Positions 9,905 to 20,439 are shown, numbered from the stretch's first letter. The stretch is 64,000 bases of DNA from an uncultured Ignavibacteriales bacterium (GCA_964464605.1 CAYXJN010000003.1:248001-312000); one strand, 5' to 3'. Notes: generated by a model not told the origin, from the sequence alone. Program-made: numbers and translations.

Positions 9905-12487
9905 TCATCGTTTTCGTTTCGATGGTGACGGTTGCGGCTTACGTGATGAACCCGATTTTGATTTTTTTGCAACTGTTGATGATTTCGCTGATCGGTTCGG
10001 GTGATTGTTTTGCCCAAAGTACTGTAAATCGAGCGCCATCTGATGCAGTTTCGCATCAACCAAAGCAAACACGCTGCCGGCAGTGAACTTTCCGTTCTTT
10101 TCCCGTTCACCCGCCGGTGTATCGGTCAAAATTGTAATCCCTTCGGCGATGGTAGAAACCGGATATAAGTGAAACTGCTTATCCGCTATCGCCCTGCGAA
10201 CATCCGGGCGTAACAATAATTCAGGAACATTCTGCGACGGAATAATTACTCCTTGTCTGCCTGTTAATCCTTTCGCATTACAGACGTCGTAGAACCCTTC
10301 GATCTTATCATTCACGCCGCCAATCGGTTGAATGTCACCGTTCTGATTTACGGAACCGGTAACGGCTATCCCCTGGTTGATTCCCAAATCACACAATGAG
10401 GAAAGAATGGCGTATAATTCGGTCGATGACGCCGAGTCACCATCAACGCCGCTATATGACTGTTCAAAGGATATCGATGCCGACATCGAGAGTGGTTTGT
10501 CCTGCGAAAAAAGTTTGCGAAGATACCCGCTTAGCACCAATACCCCTTTATTGTGAATCGGTCCGGAAAGATCTGACTCCCGTTCAATGTTAATAATACC
10601 GGCCCGACCAAGCGAGGTGCTCACCGTAATTCTGGCCGGACGACCGAAAGAAAAATCGCCGATCTGATACACCGAAAGTCCGTTAATCTGACCGGCCACA
10701 GCCCCATCGGTAGAGACCATGATAACATCAGAATCGAACATCTCCTGAATCTTCATCTCGATTAAGTTTACCCGTGTCCGTTTTTTCACGATTGCTTTGG
10801 CGACATCCTCGCGCGTAACAATCGGGGCACCCCGCTCACGGCAATAGAAGACACTTTCGCGAATCAAATCCTGAATAGCGGCAAACCGGGTCGTCAGCTT
10901 ATCCCGCCGACCGGCTAAACGCATGCCAAATTCAGCGACCGCCTGCATGGCGCTGATATCAAATTCCGGCAGCTGCTCCTCATCCAGCGTACGACAGACA
11001 AAACGGTAATACAGCGCAAGACTTTCATCCGAAAGAGCCATCGTGCTGTCGAACTCTGCTTTGATTTTGAAAATCTCTTTGAATTCGTCATCGATCGCGA
11101 ACAGCAAGTGATAGATACGCGGTTCACCGATAAGCACCACTTTCACATCCAGTGGAATCGGTTCCGGCTTAATACCGGAGCCCGCCATCATATAAAACGG
11201 ATCGTACCCGGCGATTTCCAATTCGGAATGTTTGAGGGCTCGTTTCAAATAATGCCATGCTCCCGGTTCAACCAGCAAGTCGACGGCATTAATAACCAGA
11301 TAGCCTCCGGTTGCTTTCAAGAGTGACCCGGCAAAAATGCGGGTGAAATCCGTGCGCCAATACCCGAACCGATCGACGACACGTTCCAGCGAACCGAACA
11401 GGTTTTTATACGATGGTGATTTTTCGATAATCACCGGCATTTTTTTCGCCTCGGCATTATCTAAAATCAGATTTACCGAAAAATCTTCAAACGGCTCACG
11501 TTTCCGATGCGCCGGCGGCTCTTCTTCTCCGCGGCGAGGCTGCGCTTCGCGAAACCGGTCAATATCGGAAACGAGCTCATCTTCCACTTCCGTCAGATAC
11601 GCGGTCGTTTTTTCGCCGGGATATCGTTTTTTGATAAGATTAATTTTATCGGTCACCAGCGGAGTAATCATCGCATTGTTGAGTTTCTCGATAGCATCTT
11701 CGAGTTTCGCCGTCAGTTTTTTCGATTCGACAGTCGTGGTATCGAAATCACGGCGCAGTGAATCCCAGCGGCGACGGAGTTCATCCAATTGCGATGCCGA
11801 AAATTTTCCTTCCTTGGTCAAGCGTTCGAGTTTTTCAAGTGATTGCGGTTCACCGTCGATAAGCGGCTGAATCTCACTCCGTGTTCCCAAACTCGACTGG
11901 ATTTGCACCATCACGAATCCGGCTTTGGTCAAATCTTCTTCATAGCCACCGATAAGTTCTTTCTGCCGCCCTTCAAATTCCCGCATGATTCGGGTATAGC
12001 GGTCTTTGTAATCTTCCGAGAGAAATACTTTGGGGACTATCTTGCGAAGCGATGAAATAAGATAATCCATATCTTTTTTGAACCGTCTCCCCTCGCCCGC
12101 TTTGAACATTAGTACACGCGGATAGTCGGTGTTTTTGAAATTGTTCACATAGCAGATATCGAGCAGTTCCGGATCACGCTTTTCGAGCACTTCCAAGAGA
12201 TGCTTGATCGTAGTTGTACGGCCGGTACCGGTCATACCGGTTACGAAAATATTGTAGCCGATTCCGGAAACATTGAGACCGGCACGGATGGCATCTATCG
12301 CGCGATCCTGCCCGATAATATCATGACAGGGTGAAAGGTCGCTGCTTTTGGTTACCCCTTTTGGTGCGTATGAAATGGTGTAATCTATTTCCTGCGCTGA
12401 TAATTCCCGTGGATGCTTTTTTGAAGATTGTTTCTTCACTGATTGTCCTATCTGTTTCGATGGCCGAACTATGCGATCTTTCTTCAA
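9905..12487 (-). CDS. Lon-like (LonC/LonB-type, peptidase S16) protease
   Basis: IIGQDRA, Walker-A-like GMTGTGRT, coiled-coil insert, SFEQSYSGVDGDSASS catalytic Ser and GGVNDKIEGF Lys. Confidence 0.92.
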   Translation of the reverse strand: MKKDRIVRPSKQIGQSVKKQSSKKHPRELSAQEIDYTISYAPKGVTKSSDLSPCHDIIGQDRAIDAIRAGLNVSGIGYNIFVTGMTGTGRTTTIKHLLEVLEKRDPELLDICYVNNFKNTDYPRVLMFKAGEGRRFKKDMDYLISSLRKIVPKVFLSEDYKDRYTRIMREFEGRQKELIGGYEEDLTKAGFVMVQIQSSLGTRSEIQPLIDGEPQSLEKLERLTKEGKFSASQLDELRRRWDSLRRDFDTTTVESKKLTAKLEDAIEKLNNAMITPLVTDKINLIKKRYPGEKTTAYLTEVEDELVSDIDRFREAQPRRGEEEPPAHRKREPFEDFSVNLILDNAEAKKMPVIIEKSPSYKNLFGSLERVVDRFGYWRTDFTRIFAGSLLKATGGYLVINAVDLLVEPGAWHYLKRALKHSELEIAGYDPFYMMAGSGIKPEPIPLDVKVVLIGEPRIYHLLFAIDDEFKEIFKIKAEFDSTMALSDESLALYYRFVCRTLDEEQLPEFDISAMQAVAEFGMRLAGRRDKLTTRFAAIQDLIRESVFYCRERGAPIVTREDVAKAIVKKRTRVNLIEMKIQEMFDSDVIMVSTDGAVAGQINGLSVYQIGDFSFGRPARITVSTSLGRAGIINIERESDLSGPIHNKGVLVLSGYLRKLFSQDKPLSMSASISFEQSYSGVDGDSASSTELYAILSSLCDLGINQGIAVTGSVNQNGDIQPIGGVNDKIEGFYDVCNAKGLTGRQGVIIPSQNVPELLLRPDVRRAIADKQFHLYPVSTIAEGITILTDTPAGEREKNGKFTAGSVFALVDAKLHQMALDLQYFGQNNHPNRSAKSSTVAKKSKSGSSRKPQPSPSKRKR

Positions 12488-12803
12488 TATATCTTTTGCC
12501 CCGACCGCTTCCCAACAACTTTCCCGTTAGAAATTAGCTACACAAGACAAAGAGTATCTGAGATCATCGCATCACATTGTTCTACAATAAGATATATGAA
12601 AGTCGAGGATGTTTAGTTCCATCGCATTGGTACCTTGTCACATCTGCCATAATGGCGCGAATATCACATTTGAGCCAAATTCACAAAAAATGTGGATAAA
12701 TTTTTATTTTTTGGAAAATATGTTGAATTTGTAACCCACGCAGCGGCTTTGAATTACCGAAGCTGTTTTTATAACTCACTGAATTGCAGTAGACTTCCAA
12801 TTC

Positions 12804-12831
12804 TTGACAGGGGGGGAGGGGCTGGTATATT
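12804..12831 (+). promoter_or_regulatory. Sigma70 promoter of tRNA-Glu
   Basis: TTGACA-16 nt G-rich spacer-TATATT with an extended -10 TG. Confidence 0.7.
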
Positions 12832-12869
12832 CGTAGCCTGTTGCTTTTTTAGCGTTGCGTTTTCTAGCT

Positions 12870-12941
12870 GGCGGTATCGTCTAGTGGTTAGGACGGATGG
12901 TTCTCAGCCATCAAACCGGGGTTCGATCCCCCGTACCGCTA
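12870..12941 (+). tRNA. tRNA-Glu (anticodon CUC), CCA not encoded
   Basis: Acceptor stem GGCGGTA/TACCGCT, D arm GTCTAGTGGTTAGGAC, anticodon arm GATGG-TTCTCAG-CCATC, T loop GTTCGAT. Confidence 0.96.
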
Positions 12942-12955
12942 AAGCACGAACCCAA

Positions 12956-12993
12956 GTGTGGCCGGTGCAAGTCAGTACCGGCCATACTATTTT
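12956..12993 (+). terminator. Intrinsic terminator between tRNA-Glu and livF
   Basis: GTGTGGCCGGTGC..GTACCGGCCATAC hairpin followed by TATTTT. Confidence 0.7.
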
Positions 12994-13022
12994 AAAGTCG
13001 GAACCGTAGGCCTGACAATAGG

Positions 13023-13739
13023 TTAGTGCTCACCGAGATATGCCTTCCGGACCGCCTCGTTCTTCTCTAAATCAGCCGCTGGACCCTGAACTGTTATCTG
13101 GCCGGTCTCAAGCACGTAACCATAATGGGCGATTTTGAGTGCCAAATGAGCATTTTGCTCTACTAAAAGGATAGTGCGACCGAGATCACGATTGATTTCG
13201 ACAATCGTTTCAAAAATCGCCTTTACCAAAATCGGCGCAATGCCAAGTGATGGCTCATCGAGCAACAGCATTTTCGGTTTTGCCATCAATGCGCGTCCGA
13301 TCGCCAGCATCTGCTGCTCACCGCCGGATAACGTACCGCCGGTTTGTTTCAACCGCTCTTTCAAGCGCGGAAACAAAGTCATCACATAGTCATAATCTTT
13401 GGCTACTTCCGGTTTATCATGTCGCAAATAGGCGCCGAGTTCGAGATTCTCTTTGACGGTTAACTCCGGGAAAATCATCCGCCCCTCCGGCGATTGCGAA
13501 ATGCCGACGCCGACAATCCTATGCGACGACCAATTGGTAATATCTTCATTATTGAAGCGAATACTTCCCTGCGCGGTTTTCACAAGTCCGGAAATAGCGC
13601 GAAGGGTCGTCGTTTTGCCTGCGCCATTCGCGCCCAAAAGCGTGACAATTTTACCGCTTTCTACTTTCAGTGAGATACCGTTGATCGCCGTAATCGCGCC
13701 GTAGCGAATATGCAGATTTTCGATTTCCAACTGCGCCAC
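13023..13739 (-). CDS. livF: Branched-chain amino acid ABC transporter ATPase
   Basis: GANGAGKTT, LSGGEQQM, LLLDEPSLG, VRKAYLG. Confidence 0.95.
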   Translation of the reverse strand: MAQLEIENLHIRYGAITAINGISLKVESGKIVTLLGANGAGKTTTLRAISGLVKTAQGSIRFNNEDITNWSSHRIVGVGISQSPEGRMIFPELTVKENLELGAYLRHDKPEVAKDYDYVMTLFPRLKERLKQTGGTLSGGEQQMLAIGRALMAKPKMLLLDEPSLGIAPILVKAIFETIVEINRDLGRTILLVEQNAHLALKIAHYGYVLETGQITVQGPAADLEKNEAVRKAYLGEH

Positions 13740-13741
13740 GA

Positions 13742-14506
13742 TTACACCTGCTCCCCGAGATATGCTTCGATTACTTTCGCATTATTGCACACTGCTTCCG
13801 GGTCCCCTTCCGCGATTTTGATGCCGTAATCAAGCACAGCCACCCGCTCACAAATACCCATGACAACCTTCATGTCATGCTCGATCAACAAAATGGCGAT
13901 TTTGTAGCGATCACGGATTTTCCTAATAAGATGCATCAGATCATTTTTCTCCGTCGGGTTCATCCCGGCGGCCGGTTCATCCAAAAGCAAAAGCTTCGGT
14001 TTGGTTGCTAAGGCCCGAACGATTTCAACGCGGCGCTGGTCACCATACGGCAGCGATGCCGCCTGCTCATCTTTTACTGAAGTCAGGTCGAATATCTCAA
14101 GAATCTCCATGATAGTCGCATCGACCTTTTTTTCTTCGGAGCGATAGGCAGTCAACCGAGTAAGGGCATGGCTGAATCCATGCTCGAGACTTTTAACCAG
14201 TGACACCTGCACGGTTTGATACACCGTCATCGATCTAAATAACCGGATATTCTGAAAGGTACGGGCTATTCCCTGCTGACACACTTCAAACGGTTTCAAA
14301 CCGGTGATTTCACTGCCACCGAGATAAATGCTTCCTTTAGTAGGTTTGTATACACCCGTAACGATGTTGAACACTGTCGTTTTCCCGGCGCCGTTCGGAC
14401 CAATTAGCCCGACCAATTCCTGCTCGTTCACGGTGAACTGCAAATCAGAAACCGCGGTGAGGCCGCCGAAACACATCGTGCAATTGTTGATATTCAAAAC
14501 CGACAT
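13742..14506 (-). CDS. livG: Branched-chain amino acid ABC transporter ATPase
   Basis: FGGLTAV, GPNGAGKTT, ARTFQNIRLF, LPYGDQRR, LLDEPAAGMN. Start set at ATG 14506. Confidence 0.95.
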   Translation of the reverse strand: MSVLNINNCTMCFGGLTAVSDLQFTVNEQELVGLIGPNGAGKTTVFNIVTGVYKPTKGSIYLGGSEITGLKPFEVCQQGIARTFQNIRLFRSMTVYQTVQVSLVKSLEHGFSHALTRLTAYRSEEKKVDATIMEILEIFDLTSVKDEQAASLPYGDQRRVEIVRALATKPKLLLLDEPAAGMNPTEKNDLMHLIRKIRDRYKIAILLIEHDMKVVMGICERVAVLDYGIKIAEGDPEAVCNNAKVIEAYLGEQV

Positions 14507-14511
14507 ATCGT

Positions 14512-15474
14512 CTAACTTTTTTCTTTCAGTGCCGGTTTCCGTTTGCGATGGAACCACTCGGCCACGCCGCCGAACAACCCTTGCGGACGGCTGATCATGA
14601 TAATGACAAGCAAGAGTGAATAGATAACCATCCGATATTCGGCGATTCCACGCAATGCTTCCGGAAGAATCGTGAGCAATATCGCCGCTAATACCACACC
14701 GGGGATACTTCCCATCCCGCCGATAATTACCATCACGACAATTTCGATAGAGCGGATGAATGAAAACTGCGAAGGATTAATATAGGTAATGAAATGTCCA
14801 TATAACCCACCGGCGATTCCGGCGAAAAATGCACCGGTCACGAAAGCGACTACTTTGTAGCGGGTGGTGTTAATACCCATCGCTTCCGCCGCGATTTCAT
14901 TATCCCGCACCGCGACAAACCCGGTGCCGTAGGTAGAAGTTACCAGACTGTGCACGACAAATATAACCAGCGCAACACAGGCAAAGGTCCAGCCGAAATT
15001 GGTTAGCTGCGGAATGTTGGTAAACCCTCGGGCGGCGCCGAGAAAATCGAGATTTTGAATAATGACACGGATAATCTCCCCGAACCCGAGCGTTACGATT
15101 GCCAGGTAATCCCCTTTCAAGCGCAAACTCGGAATGCCAACAAGCAAACCTAAAAGCGCGGCAAACAGTCCGCCGAAACAGAGTGCGCCGATAAATCCGG
15201 GAATAGCCAAAGCGGAATCCGGTGTTAGACCGAGGCTGGTTGAAAATACCGCTGATGCATACGCCCCCGTCGACATAAACCCGGCATGACCTAATGAAAA
15301 CTGGCCGGTGAACCCGTTAATGAGATTTAAACTGGACGCAAGAATGATATTGATACCTATATAAATAATAATCTGAAAATAATACGGATCAATCATCCCT
15401 TGCACGAACGACACCGCAACCGAGGCGAGAATCGCGATAAGTAAAATGAATTTCGCGCGGTGTCCGGCTTGCAT
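14512..15474 (-). CDS. livM: Branched-chain amino acid ABC transporter permease
   Basis: GQFSLGHAGF, LRLKGDYLAIVTLGFGEI, AAEAMGIN. Confidence 0.95.
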   Translation of the reverse strand: MQAGHRAKFILLIAILASVAVSFVQGMIDPYYFQIIIYIGINIILASSLNLINGFTGQFSLGHAGFMSTGAYASAVFSTSLGLTPDSALAIPGFIGALCFGGLFAALLGLLVGIPSLRLKGDYLAIVTLGFGEIIRVIIQNLDFLGAARGFTNIPQLTNFGWTFACVALVIFVVHSLVTSTYGTGFVAVRDNEIAAEAMGINTTRYKVVAFVTGAFFAGIAGGLYGHFITYINPSQFSFIRSIEIVVMVIIGGMGSIPGVVLAAILLTILPEALRGIAEYRMVIYSLLLVIIMISRPQGLFGGVAEWFHRKRKPALKEKS

Positions 15475-15475
15475 C

Positions 15476-16381
15476 CTATACCTTCTCCGTCTGATTTTTA
15501 CCGAACAGGCCGGAAGGACGAACTAACAGAATGAAAATCAGAATTCCGAACGCGATAGCATCGCGAAAGGTCGAAGAAATATATCCCGACACAAATGTTT
15601 CCGTCACACCGAGGATAAAACCACCAATAGCCGCACCCGGCAGATTACCGATTCCCCCAAGAACGGCTGCGACGAATGCTTTGAGTCCCGGAAATATACC
15701 CATTAGCGGATTGATACTCGGATAGACCGATGCATACAAAATTGCCGCTGCACCCGCCAACCCGGAACCCAGCACGAATGTGAACGAAATAACACGGTCG
15801 ATATTGACGCCCATTAACGCTGCTGCGCGGTGGTCATGCGCCACTGCCCGCATTGCCATACCGATTTTGGTATTCAGCACGATATAGCGAAGCGCTAACA
15901 ACAGAAAAATCGTCGTCCCGATAACGATAACAGTGTTGGAGTTAATGACAAGATAATCGGTATTCACCAACGTCGTGGAAGGCATCACAGTCGGAAACAG
16001 TTTCGGATCCGGCCCGAACACTAACTGCCCGCCGAATTCCAAAAACAAAGAAACACCGATAGCGGTAATCAGCACGGTCAGTTTCGGACGAGAGCGGAGC
16101 GGGCGGTACGCCAGTTTTTCAATCACTACCCCAAGCAGGGCGCAGGTGAGCATAGTGACAATCAGAACCAAAGGTCCACCTATGAGCAATGAGCCACCAC
16201 ACATGGAAAGAATCGGCGGTGCAGTGTAAAAGCCGACAAAGGCGCCGATCATGAATACATCCCCGTGCGCGAAATTGATAAAGCGAAGAATGCCGTAGAT
16301 CATGGTGTAGCCGAGAGCGATGAGCGCATAAATGCTGCCCAGCGACACACCATTAATTATCTGCTGCAATAATTCGCTCAC
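15476..16381 (-). CDS. livH: Branched-chain amino acid ABC transporter permease
   Basis: GSIYALIALGYTMIYG..INFAHG, KAFVAAVLGGIG. GTG start. Confidence 0.95.
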   Translation of the reverse strand: MSELLQQIINGVSLGSIYALIALGYTMIYGILRFINFAHGDVFMIGAFVGFYTAPPILSMCGGSLLIGGPLVLIVTMLTCALLGVVIEKLAYRPLRSRPKLTVLITAIGVSLFLEFGGQLVFGPDPKLFPTVMPSTTLVNTDYLVINSNTVIVIGTTIFLLLALRYIVLNTKIGMAMRAVAHDHRAAALMGVNIDRVISFTFVLGSGLAGAAAILYASVYPSINPLMGIFPGLKAFVAAVLGGIGNLPGAAIGGFILGVTETFVSGYISSTFRDAIAFGILIFILLVRPSGLFGKNQTEKV

Positions 16382-16440
16382 GCACCGAGTCCTTTGAGTT
16401 TGGGAGTATCAGCCAACCAAGTGGCTAAAGAAGATAAAAG

Positions 16441-16472
16441 CAAGCAGCGACGGGGTAATGCATCGCTGCTTG
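16441..16472. repeat. Inverted repeat between livK and livH (mRNA-stabilising or attenuating hairpin)
   Basis: CAAGCAGCGA..TCGCTGCTTG perfect 10-bp arms. Confidence 0.6.
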
Positions 16473-16498
16473 ATATATACGGAACTATTCGTGATCAC

Positions 16499-17629
16499 TT
16501 ATGGGTTAACCGTGGCATAATAATGCATACCGCCATCCTGCACGGCGACGATAACGACTGATTTGCGGGCATTGCGCTGTTCATCAATCGTAATTAAACC
16601 GCTCACACCCTGATAATTTTGGGTAGTGGCTAAAGCATCGCGGATTTTTAATGGGTCGGCCACACCAGCGCGACCGATAGCATCGATAACGATTTTTGCC
16701 GCATCGTACCCGAGCACCGCCATTGCATCCGGCGTTTCATTGTATTTTGCTTTGTATTTGTTCACGAATTCCTGCACCCGGGCAGTGGTGTCATCCGCTG
16801 CGTAGTGGTTGGTAAAGAAGGTACCGTTCATAGCATCGCCGCCGACTTCCAATAATTTGGCGGAATCCCATCCGTCACCGCCGAGGAAATAGCAGGTCAT
16901 ATTCAGTTCACGCGCCTGTTTGACAATCAGCGCCGCTTCCTGATAATACCCCGGCACAATAACCGCTTCCGGATTGGTTGACTTAATCGTCGTCAACTGC
17001 GCGCGGAAATCAGCATCCCCTTCGCTGTATGCTTCTTCTGCCAGCACTTCCCCGCCTAAGCCGGTAAAGGTCTGGGTAAAAAACTGCGCGAGCCCGACGC
17101 TGTAATCATTTTTGACATCTTTCAAAATCGCAACTTTGCGGACATTAAGTGAATTAAAGGCAAACTTGGCGATTACTTCCCCTTGGAACGGATCGATATA
17201 GCAAACGCGGAAAATATAATCTCCCTTTTCAGTCACGGCCGGATTGGTTGAACCGGGACTGACCATCGGGATTTTATTCGTCTGCGCAATCGGCGCGGCC
17301 GCCAATGAACGTGAAGAAGCAATTTCACCGATCAATACGGAGACTTTATCGCGGGAAATCAACTTGGTAACGGCAGTGGGCGCTTCTTCCGGCTTCGATT
17401 GGGTATCTTCGGTAATCAGCGTAATCGTTTTGCCTAATACGCCGCCTGCGGCGTTGGTTTCTTCTATCGCCATGCGAACCCCGCGGTCGGAAGATTGCCC
17501 GAATGTGGCCGTCGTTCCGGTCATCGAGGAATAGTGACCGATTCGGATTTCATTGTCAGCTTTTTGCGTGCCGCAGCCCAAAAGAGCCGCAACAGCTACA
17601 AAAAGCAGGGAGTAAACCGCATGTTTCAT
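16499..17629 (-). CDS. livK: Branched-chain amino acid ABC substrate-binding lipoprotein
   Basis: Lipobox LLGC. Periplasmic binding-protein motifs STNPAVT, IFRVCYIDPFQG, DFRAQLT, GGDGWD. Confidence 0.9.
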   Translation of the reverse strand: MKHAVYSLLFVAVAALLGCGTQKADNEIRIGHYSSMTGTTATFGQSSDRGVRMAIEETNAAGGVLGKTITLITEDTQSKPEEAPTAVTKLISRDKVSVLIGEIASSRSLAAAPIAQTNKIPMVSPGSTNPAVTEKGDYIFRVCYIDPFQGEVIAKFAFNSLNVRKVAILKDVKNDYSVGLAQFFTQTFTGLGGEVLAEEAYSEGDADFRAQLTTIKSTNPEAVIVPGYYQEAALIVKQARELNMTCYFLGGDGWDSAKLLEVGGDAMNGTFFTNHYAADDTTARVQEFVNKYKAKYNETPDAMAVLGYDAAKIVIDAIGRAGVADPLKIRDALATTQNYQGVSGLITIDEQRNARKSVVIVAVQDGGMHYYATVNP

Positions 17630-17831
17630 GCAAGCGCCTTTCATCTATCGAGTCAATTATTGCTATCCTGTTACAACGTGGCAAAATAGACATCCGCAGT
17701 CGACCTTGTCAAGAAATTGCCTGAGCCCACAGACCGACCGATATTCACACGCAGACTAATCGTTTGCTCACTTTACTTACCCGCCGAAATCCTCTATTCT
17801 CACCGGCATAAGGTCAAGGAGCTTAGCCAAT

Positions 17832-18518
17832 ATGTCGCGTGAACGAGTCCTGATAATCGAGGATGAAGAGGATATTGCCGAACTGATACGGTACAATCTG
17901 GAACGGGAAGGGTACCAGATCAGCCTGGCGGCAAGCGGCGAAGTCGGCGTCAAAACCGCCCGAGCCGATATGCCGGACCTGATTATTCTCGATTTGATGC
18001 TCCCCGGATTGGACGGACTCGATGTCTGCAAAGTGCTCAAAGCAGACAGCAAAACCAAAGAGATTCCGGTTGTTATCGTAACTGCCAAAGGGGAAGAAAG
18101 CGATATCGTCACCGGGTTAGAAGTCGGTGCCGATGATTACTTGACCAAACCGTTCAGCCCGAAAGTACTTATCGCCCGCATTCGCTCGGTCATGCGCCGC
18201 CGTTTGCAGCCAGCCGTTGACAGTTCAGCATCACTACGGTTGCCCGGTTTGACCATCGATCCGAACCGGCATGATGTTCGCATCGAAGGGAAGCATGTCG
18301 AACTGACTTTGACCGAATTTCAGATACTGCATCTATTGGCGCGACGCCCGGGATGGGTGTATACCCGATATCAGATAGTGAATGAAATCCGCGGGGAAGA
18401 TATTATTGTCACCGACCGTTCGGTTGATGTGCAGATTGTCGGTCTCAGGCGAAAACTGGGAAGCTGGGGGAAACAGATTGAAACCGTTCGCGGCGTTGGA
18501 TACCGGTTGAAGGAATAA
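17832..18518 (+). CDS. phoB: OmpR-family response regulator, PhoB-like
   Basis: Receiver domain (EDE, LDLMLP, KPF) and winged helix (ETVRGVGY). Adjacent to the pst operon. Confidence 0.88.
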   Translation: MSRERVLIIEDEEDIAELIRYNLEREGYQISLAASGEVGVKTARADMPDLIILDLMLPGLDGLDVCKVLKADSKTKEIPVVIVTAKGEESDIVTGLEVGADDYLTKPFSPKVLIARIRSVMRRRLQPAVDSSASLRLPGLTIDPNRHDVRIEGKHVELTLTEFQILHLLARRPGWVYTRYQIVNEIRGEDIIVTDRSVDVQIVGLRRKLGSWGKQIETVRGVGYRLKE

Positions 18519-18521
18519 GAC

Positions 18522-20321
18522 GTGAAAAACAGGCTCATCTGGCGTCTGTATCCTTCCTATCTCATCATTACCTTTCTTTCCTTAGCGGCTGTTCTCTGGT
18601 ACACATCGAGCACTGTCGAAAACTACAATCAAGAACAGGCAGCAAAAGCGGCAACTGAAACCGCAGAGTTAGTGCGTTCGTTAGCGGCGCATCAGTTTAG
18701 AACTTCCCGTATCGAGCAACTCGACACGCTGCTTAATTCCCTCACCACCACAATTGCTGATGACATCGTCATTCTCGATCGATCCGGAAAAAGTGTCGCC
18801 GGTACCGACATAACCGCACTCGCCGATTTTTCCGACCATCCGGAAATCGAAAACGCCATGCGCGGTCAGCCGGGGAAACATATCGGGTACAGCCGGACAT
18901 TAGACTCACGCATCCTTCATATCGCCTTGCCGATTATCGAAAACGGTGAGACGATGTATGTCGTGCGGGTTTCCCGCGTTTTACCGAAAAGCGGATTTTT
19001 CATGACCGATTTACGCCGCAACGTTTTCGCCGCCGGTGCGGTGGTGGCGCTTTTGGCGGCGATTATTTCCTTCGCGATATCCCGCTTTATCAGCAAACCG
19101 CTTGAAGAAATCCGTGTCGGCGCCGAGCGCTATGCCCGCGGTGACCTGCAATACACCCTTCCTGTTCATGGTACCGATGAAATGAAGACATTGTCACGGG
19201 CGATGAATGAAATGGCATCCCAGCTTGATGATCGTCTTCGCACCGTAATCCGCCAGCGTAACGAGCAGCAGGCGATTCTTTCCAGTTTGGTTGAAGGAGT
19301 GTTGGCCGTTAACACGCAGGAACAGATTATCAGCCTGAATGAAGGTGCGGAAAAACTTTTGGGAGTAAAAGAAAATGATGCCAAAGGGCGGAGTATTCAG
19401 GAAGTTATCCGCAACAGCGATTTACAATCGCTCGTACAGCGCACCCTTTCAGAAAGAGAACCGACCGAAGGAATGATTGTTTTAGAAAATGCCGGAGAAA
19501 AGCATTTTCAGGGGTATACCGCCATTCTGCATGATTCCGAAGGAGAAATGTTCGGCGCGTTAGTGGTGCTGAATGATTTGACCCGTATTCGCAAACTGGA
19601 AAATCTCCGCCGTGATTTTGTGGCAAACGTTTCTCATGAACTGAAAACGCCGATTACGACTATTAAAGGATTTGTGGAAACACTGGTCGACGGCGCAATT
19701 GCCAGACCGGAAGAATCGCAGCGCTTTTTAAGTATCATCGCCAAGCAGGTTGACCGCTTAAGCGGCATTATCGATGACTTATTGAGCCTTTCCTGGATTG
19801 AGGATGAAGCCGGCAAGGGAACAATGGACATGGAATCGCATTCACTTCCGGAAGTGCTGCAAATCTGTATAGATGCCTGCGAAATTAATCGGAAACTGAA
19901 AGAGATAAAAATTGCGCTGAATTGCCCGGAACATTTGCGAGTGACAATAAATGCACCGCTCTTAGAACAGGCGATTATCAACCTGATCGATAATGCGATC
20001 AAGTACAGTGACAACGGCAAAACCGTAACGATAACTGCCAAGCAAGGCGAGACCGAAACGACGATTGCCGTCAAAGATGAAGGGAGCGGAATCCCGGCGG
20101 AGCATCTTCCCCGTCTGTTCGAGCGGTTCTACCGGGTCGACAAGGCCCGCAGCCGAAAATTAGGCGGTACCGGGCTGGGGCTTTCTATCGTGAAACACAT
20201 CGTGTTAGCACACGGGGGAACGGTCGATGTGACCAGCACGGTCGGGGTCGGGACAACCTTTACCATTCACTTACCTATTAATCCACAAAGTGAACTAAAT
20301 CTGCCGGTTAAGAACGGGTAA
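18522..20321 (+). CDS. phoR: Sensor histidine kinase (HAMP-PAS-HisKA-HATPase), PhoR-like
   Basis: Two TM segments, DFVANVSHELKTP, NLIDNAIKY, FERFYRVDKARSR, GGTGLGL. Confidence 0.92.
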   Translation: MKNRLIWRLYPSYLIITFLSLAAVLWYTSSTVENYNQEQAAKAATETAELVRSLAAHQFRTSRIEQLDTLLNSLTTTIADDIVILDRSGKSVAGTDITALADFSDHPEIENAMRGQPGKHIGYSRTLDSRILHIALPIIENGETMYVVRVSRVLPKSGFFMTDLRRNVFAAGAVVALLAAIISFAISRFISKPLEEIRVGAERYARGDLQYTLPVHGTDEMKTLSRAMNEMASQLDDRLRTVIRQRNEQQAILSSLVEGVLAVNTQEQIISLNEGAEKLLGVKENDAKGRSIQEVIRNSDLQSLVQRTLSEREPTEGMIVLENAGEKHFQGYTAILHDSEGEMFGALVVLNDLTRIRKLENLRRDFVANVSHELKTPITTIKGFVETLVDGAIARPEESQRFLSIIAKQVDRLSGIIDDLLSLSWIEDEAGKGTMDMESHSLPEVLQICIDACEINRKLKEIKIALNCPEHLRVTINAPLLEQAIINLIDNAIKYSDNGKTVTITAKQGETETTIAVKDEGSGIPAEHLPRLFERFYRVDKARSRKLGGTGLGLSIVKHIVLAHGGTVDVTSTVGVGTTFTIHLPINPQSELNLPVKNG

Positions 20322-20358
20322 ATTTTTCCATAGCTTAGAGTTACAGACTCTTTAAATA

Positions 20359-20386
20359 ATCACAGCGAGCTAACACAATTCTAACA
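20359..20386 (+). promoter_or_regulatory. Pho-box-like direct repeats
   Basis: ATCACA (20359), CTAACA (20370) and CTAACA (20381) at exact 11-bp spacing upstream of pstS. Confidence 0.65.
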
Positions 20387-20439
20387 ATTCAGGCGTTCAC
20401 TTGGGTTGGATAATAGGATTTAGAATTTCAGGAGATGGG

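Noticed and set aside
12692..13009. 105-aa ORF
   Set aside because: It overlaps tRNA-Glu and its promoter, so it is probably spurious.
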